DNA from: Ignisphaera sp.
Lineage (GTDB): Archaea > Thermoproteota > Thermoprotei_A > Sulfolobales > Ignisphaeraceae
Length of the DNA: 64,000 nt
Direction: 5' to 3'
NCBI GenBank assembly: GCA_028275825.1
Contig: JAPWTX010000002.1
Coordinates: 23,206 to 87,205 of the forward strand
Below, piece after piece: positions 59,687-64,000 of the stretch (position 1 is the first letter of the stretch; the number at the start of each line of letters is the position of its first letter). The notes beneath the pieces are model-generated. The model ran no database searches, was not told the DNA's origin, and saw only the letters and a program-made list of their open reading frames with translations. Both the position numbers and the translations under genes were made by a program.

Positions 59687-60604
59687 TTATTTAGTTGTAG
59701 AAAGCATTGCTTTACCTATTTCATAAGCAGCTCTAAAATCAAATATTCCCTTCCGCTCTTGTAATGCCTTCTTAATTAACTCAGCCTCTATTTTATTTTT
59801 AAGCGTACCTATAGCTAGTGCACCAACGCCATATACTCCAGGCACAACCTCCTTTCCATCCAACTTCGGATCAAGCCCCTCTATGCCATAGGGTGGAACC
59901 GCATTACAGTCTGCAACTACCTTCACTCTTTTTCCATATGTTTTTAAGGTGTTTAATGGGAGGAGCTGCACTCCTGGAGCACCTGTTGCAAGCACTATAT
60001 CTGCATCCTCTATAGCCTTACCTACTTCCTCTGAGGCTCTGGCCTGAAAAGGCTTTACAACATCTGTCTTCAGCTCATCATTTATTTTAGAGGCTATTTT
60101 CTGAGCCTTGGCAAAATCTCTTGATGTTACAACAACTTTCGCTGCTTTCTCAGCAGCATAAAGCCACGTAGCTGCAATCCCTACAGGACCTGTGCCAGCT
60201 AGTACTGTAACATTTTTGCCCTCAATAACACCTAAACCCAGTTTCTGCGTCACCTCTAATGTTTTTACTACAGCTGCGCTAGCAGTTGTGTAAGAGCCCC
60301 TTGGATCAACTATTACTGCAAGTTCAAATGGAGGAAACATGCATTTCTTTATTTTTTCAACAACAGCGTTTACAACCTCTAAATTACTTCCGTTAACAAA
60401 AATCTTAGTAAATTTTACTCCCTTTGGACCTCTGGGAAAGAGAGCATCGTAAACTATTTTCTCAACATCTTCAGGAGTTACATTCTCATATTTGAGTACC
60501 ATGACATCAGGTACAAGGTCTATTGTCATAAGGATATCAAATGGGCTAGCATGTTTATCAGTGTCAATGAATATGAATACAGGTTTAAATCTCTGTTCAG
60601 ACAC
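59687..60604 (-). CDS. mtd: Methylene-H4MPT/H4F dehydrogenase, MtdA/MtdB family
   Basis: DTDKHASPFD, VTPEDV, PRGPKG, DPRGSYTTASAAV, LAGTGPVG, DCNAVPPYGIEG, GALAIG match the MtdA/B layout. Confidence 0.9.
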   Translation of the reverse strand: MSEQRFKPVFIFIDTDKHASPFDILMTIDLVPDVMVLKYENVTPEDVEKIVYDALFPRGPKGVKFTKIFVNGSNLEVVNAVVEKIKKCMFPPFELAVIVDPRGSYTTASAAVVKTLEVTQKLGLGVIEGKNVTVLAGTGPVGIAATWLYAAEKAAKVVVTSRDFAKAQKIASKINDELKTDVVKPFQARASEEVGKAIEDADIVLATGAPGVQLLPLNTLKTYGKRVKVVADCNAVPPYGIEGLDPKLDGKEVVPGVYGVGALAIGTLKNKIEAELIKKALQERKGIFDFRAAYEIGKAMLSTTK

Positions 60605-60614
60605 TACTCCCGCC

Positions 60615-61388
60615 CTACTTTTTCCTGATCCTCTGCAATGCTTTTAAGAGTTCTAAATCTCCTTGATAATCTCCAGCACATGTTGCTATAATTCCATCAA
60701 CAAGATTCTCAAGCTTTTCAGCAAATTCAACAGCTTTATCAATTGTTGTTGTAGGGCTCCAACCAATCTTCTTCAGTATCTCCTTATTGCGGGGTGTCTC
60801 AATAAGGAAGTATGTGTATAGCGGCTTACCCACCTTTTTTATCTCCTTAGACACCTCTTCAAGTACTGGCAATGTTTCTGGTGTAAGCCTTGCAAAGAAT
60901 GCAAAGTCCCATCCGCTCTTCACCCTTTCAATCATATCTTGCGCAGTAAACCCTGCTTTTGTTTTTTCACCATACCTCTCCCTTACGGGCCTTGGTGATA
61001 AGAGACATCCAAGTTTCAAAGCCTTTATCTTAACCTTCTCTCTCAGGAAATCCCTAGCACTCTCTGTTTTGCCCCAGTATTTCGGTCCCAAGGGCTCTCC
61101 ATATACTGGCTCATCACCCATAGTCATAACTATGCCATCCAGACCCACAGCATCAGCTGCTAGCGCTAAAGCCCCTACTTCTACAGGGCCCTTGTAATTC
61201 AATATAAATATCGGTATTACTATCTTATCAGGATACCTCGTCTTCAGGACACAGCCAACTGCAGTACCACTTGGTGCAGGAACTCCAGCTGCACTATCAG
61301 TTATATTCCAGCCATCAACAAGGTCCTTGGTTTCCTCAGCCATTTTCAAGAACTTTCTTGTAGGAACAAACTCATGCAAAACTTTCAT
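60615..61388 (-). CDS. MetF/MTHFR-like FAD oxidoreductase (short)
   Basis: NITDSAAG...IPIF...ALAADAVGLDGIVMTMGD resembles the MTHFR barrel; 10 bp upstream of mtd. Confidence 0.7.
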   Translation of the reverse strand: MKVLHEFVPTRKFLKMAEETKDLVDGWNITDSAAGVPAPSGTAVGCVLKTRYPDKIVIPIFILNYKGPVEVGALALAADAVGLDGIVMTMGDEPVYGEPLGPKYWGKTESARDFLREKVKIKALKLGCLLSPRPVRERYGEKTKAGFTAQDMIERVKSGWDFAFFARLTPETLPVLEEVSKEIKKVGKPLYTYFLIETPRNKEILKKIGWSPTTTIDKAVEFAEKLENLVDGIIATCAGDYQGDLELLKALQRIRKK

Positions 61389-61449
61389 GATGTTCGCCAG
61401 GAGTAGCTAGTGTTAGAGTAAAATTTAAAAACTTATAGTAATATTATAA

Positions 61450-62100
61450 CTATGTCTTTACAATAAGACCTTTTTCAATTAGTATACGCTCCACGTCAGC
61501 AACAACTAGTGTAGCATCGCGTGCGGCATCAATTTCTATGAGAACCCCCTTTCCCCTATAATACTCTATTACAGGAGCAAAAGTTTGCTTATATATCTTA
61601 TACCTCTCCCTAACAACCTCAGGCTCATCATCCTTTCTCCTAATCAAAGGCGTGCCACACACATCACATATTCCAGGGGTTTTTGGAGGTTTCCATGAAA
61701 TGTTATATATGGCACCACACTTAGGGCACACTAGTCTTCCGGATACCCTCTCTACAATTACCTCAACAGGAGCCTCAAAGAGAAATGCTACATCTATCTT
61801 AACTATTTTATCCAATTCCTCTGCTTGTCTCAATGTTCTTGGAAAGCCATCTAGTATAAACCCCTTGCTACACATAGGGCTCTGCAAAACTTTCTTCACA
61901 ACCTCAATAACAACCTCATCTGGTACCAGAAGTCCTTTCTCAACGTACTGCTTAACTTTTAACCCAAGTTCTGTGCCCTTAGCTATCTCCTCACGAAATA
62001 TATCGCCTGTTGAAATATGTGGAATTCCATATCTCTGGTTCAGCATTTTAGCATACGTACCCTTTCCGATACCCGGAGGTCCTATGAAAACTAGCTTCAT
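61450..62100 (-). CDS. adk: Adenylate kinase, bacterial type with Zn-LID
   Basis: GPPGIGKGT, HISTGDIFR, LDGFPRT, CPKC...CDVC, RKDD. Confidence 0.96.
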   Translation of the reverse strand: MKLVFIGPPGIGKGTYAKMLNQRYGIPHISTGDIFREEIAKGTELGLKVKQYVEKGLLVPDEVVIEVVKKVLQSPMCSKGFILDGFPRTLRQAEELDKIVKIDVAFLFEAPVEVIVERVSGRLVCPKCGAIYNISWKPPKTPGICDVCGTPLIRRKDDEPEVVRERYKIYKQTFAPVIEYYRGKGVLIEIDAARDATLVVADVERILIEKGLIVKT

Positions 62101-62492
62101 AGCTATTTACCACAATAAATGTTTTTAGGCAGGCATTAAAAGTGTTATGAAGAATAATTGCTATGTATAGATAAGTTAATACTACCTTCACTAATGATAA
62201 TTATTCACAGCGAATACATCAACATTATTTTGCCTATTGAGTAAAATACTATTTCAACTATATTGTATTACTATCAATTGTTACTCAAGGTAAACTCAGA
62301 GCTAGGCAATTTATGCTTGCTTTTATTGCTAATCTTCATATTTTTATCCAGCTAGTGTTAGGTATGAAAAAGTTTGTAAAGCATTTAATAATGTTATTTC
62401 TAACTTAAAACTAGGAATATAGCTTACAATACACTTATTTATACCGTTAAGGATTTTAATTATCTAGCTCATGTCTTTGTATAGGAGATGTT

Positions 62493-64000
62493 ATGCAGAT
62501 AAAGGAAGACAATATGAAGTATTTGTTTAAGCCAAGAAGTGTTGCAGTCATAGGAGCATCTAGAGAGCCTGGGAAAGTGGGTCACGCCATACTGAAGAAT
62601 ATTGTTGAGGGTGGTTATAAGGGTAAGGTGTATCCAATAAATCCAAATGCTGATAAGATACTGGGGCTTAGTGTATATAAAACTGTTTCAGATGTTCCTG
62701 AAGACATAGACCTTGCTATAGTGGTTGTTCCAGCGCAAGCTGTTTTGGATGTCATGGAGGAGTGTGGAAAGAAGGGTGTTAAGTATGCTGTTGTAATAAG
62801 TGCTGGATTTAAGGAGGTTGGTGGCGAGGGTATTGAAAGAGAGAAGAAGCTTATTGAAATTGCGAAAAAGTATGGAATTAGAGTTGTGGGTCCAAACTGT
62901 TTGGGTATAATGGATTTGCATACACCGTTAAATGCTACCTTTGCCTTAATGCCGAGAACTAGAGGGGGTATAGCATTTGTTTCACAAAGTGGAGCACTTC
63001 TTTCAGCAATTCTGGACTGGGCTCCTAAGGTAGGGATAGGGTTTTCAAAAATTGTTAGCTTAGGTAACAAAGCAGATCTCAATGAAGTAGATTTCTTGGC
63101 GCATCTGGGAGAAGACCCTGAGACAAAAGTGATATTGTTATATCTAGAATCCATAGTTGATGGAAGAAGATTTGTGGAGATAGGCTCTACTGTAACGAGA
63201 AAGAAGCCTGTAATACTGCTTAAAGGTGGTGTTACAGAGGCTGGGGCTAAGGCAGCTCTGAGTCACACAGGTGCTATGGCTGGAGGGGTTACGGCACTCA
63301 AAGCAGCATTAAGAAAGGCTGGGATTATTCAGGTGACAACACTTTCAGAGTTGTTTGACATGGCCATAGCATTTAATTCGCAGCCTATACCCATGGGAAA
63401 TAGAATTGGTGTAGTAACTAATGCTGGTGGTGGAGGGGTTATAGCATCAGATCTGCTTGTATCAAAAGGGCTTAGGCTTGCAGAGCTATCGAAGCACACA
63501 ATAGATTACCTTAGGAGTGCTCTACCTCCTGTAGCAAGCATATATAATCCTGTTGATGTTATAGGTGATGCAAAAGCTGATAGGTATAGAACAGCTATTG
63601 AAGCACTGCTCAGAGATCAAAACGTTGATGGACTTTTAGTCATATTAACACCACAAGCTGTGACAGAACCTGAAGAAACAGCTAAGGTCATAATACAGCT
63701 GAGCAGGGAGTATTCATCAAAACCTCTTCTAGCTATATTTATAGGGGGAGAGAAGGTGGAGAAAGCCACAAAAATGTTGATAGAAAACAACATACCAGTA
63801 TATGAAATGCCTGAAAGAGCTGTTGTTGCTATGCTTGGACTTGCCAGCTACAGAGAGTTTAGAGAATATGTAACAAAAGTTGCGGAGCACATGGAGATTT
63901 TTGATGTGGATAAAGAAAGAGTTTTGGAGATTATTGAGGAAGCTAGAAAGCAAGGTAGAAAGGTATTGTTAGAACATGAGGCTAAGGAAGTTGTGAAGAG
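62493..64000 (+). CDS. ADP-forming acetate/acyl-CoA ligase, alpha-beta fusion, truncated by window end (not in ORF track)
   Basis: GGAG RBS; MQIKEDNMKYLFKPRSVAVIGAS, GPNCLG, SQSGA, SHTGAMAG, NPVD; continues into LLEHEAKE (ATP-grasp start). Confidence 0.93.
   Translation, partial: MQIKEDNMKYLFKPRSVAVIGASREPGKVGHAILKNIVEGGYKGKVYPINPNADKILGLSVYKTVSDVPEDIDLAIVVVPAQAVLDVMEECGKKGVKYAVVISAGFKEVGGEGIEREKKLIEIAKKYGIRVVGPNCLGIMDLHTPLNATFALMPRTRGGIAFVSQSGALLSAILDWAPKVGIGFSKIVSLGNKADLNEVDFLAHLGEDPETKVILLYLESIVDGRRFVEIGSTVTRKKPVILLKGGVTEAGAKAALSHTGAMAGGVTALKAALRKAGIIQVTTLSELFDMAIAFNSQPIPMGNRIGVVTNAGGGGVIASDLLVSKGLRLAELSKHTIDYLRSALPPVASIYNPVDVIGDAKADRYRTAIEALLRDQNVDGLLVILTPQAVTEPEETAKVIIQLSREYSSKPLLAIFIGGEKVEKATKMLIENNIPVYEMPERAVVAMLGLASYREFREYVTKVAEHMEIFDVDKERVLEIIEEARKQGRKVLLEHEAKEVVK

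Noticed and set aside
59710-59725. TTAC-CTATTT as a genomic target of the 11184 TnpB guide
   Set aside because: Only 6 guide bases match, which is expected by chance; no convincing in-window target was seen for the other predicted guides apart from the F2b/F3 case

Overview
Low-GC archaeal chromosome segment, most likely from a hyperthermophilic Thermoproteota (Desulfurococcales, Ignisphaera-like). That assignment is inferred from gene content and protein style and was not tested by a search. The core-like genes are a tandem pair of MutS-like ATPases, a dpp-type ABC peptide transporter without ATPase genes, endonuclease IV, tRNA-Arg(CCT), a subtilase, two separate MoxR/DUF58 loci (one with two vWA genes), LarE, a SagB-like oxidoreductase, ProC, an aminotransferase, a type II-like IDH, an ABC exporter, a KaiC-like ATPase, an M20 hydrolase, an epimerase, an MtdA/B-like plus MetF-like C1 gene pair, a bacterial-type Adk and an ADP-forming acyl-CoA ligase that runs off the right edge. 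An accessory region downstream of the tRNA (about 8.9-19.1 kb) holds a frameshifted tyrosine integrase, an intact tnpB element lacking tnpA but carrying an unannotated 40-aa zinc-ribbon ORF, and an IS607 tnpA pseudogene. The most striking signal is a set of at least six protein-free 160-340 bp element families, each seen twice in this window, plus fragments. They fall into three end systems, and different structured, kink-turn-like RNA cargoes sit between the same ends. I interpret them as non-autonomous IS200/IS605- and IS607-derived elements that keep omegaRNA-like cassettes. That is inference and needs covariance modelling and RNA data. No CRISPR array was seen.
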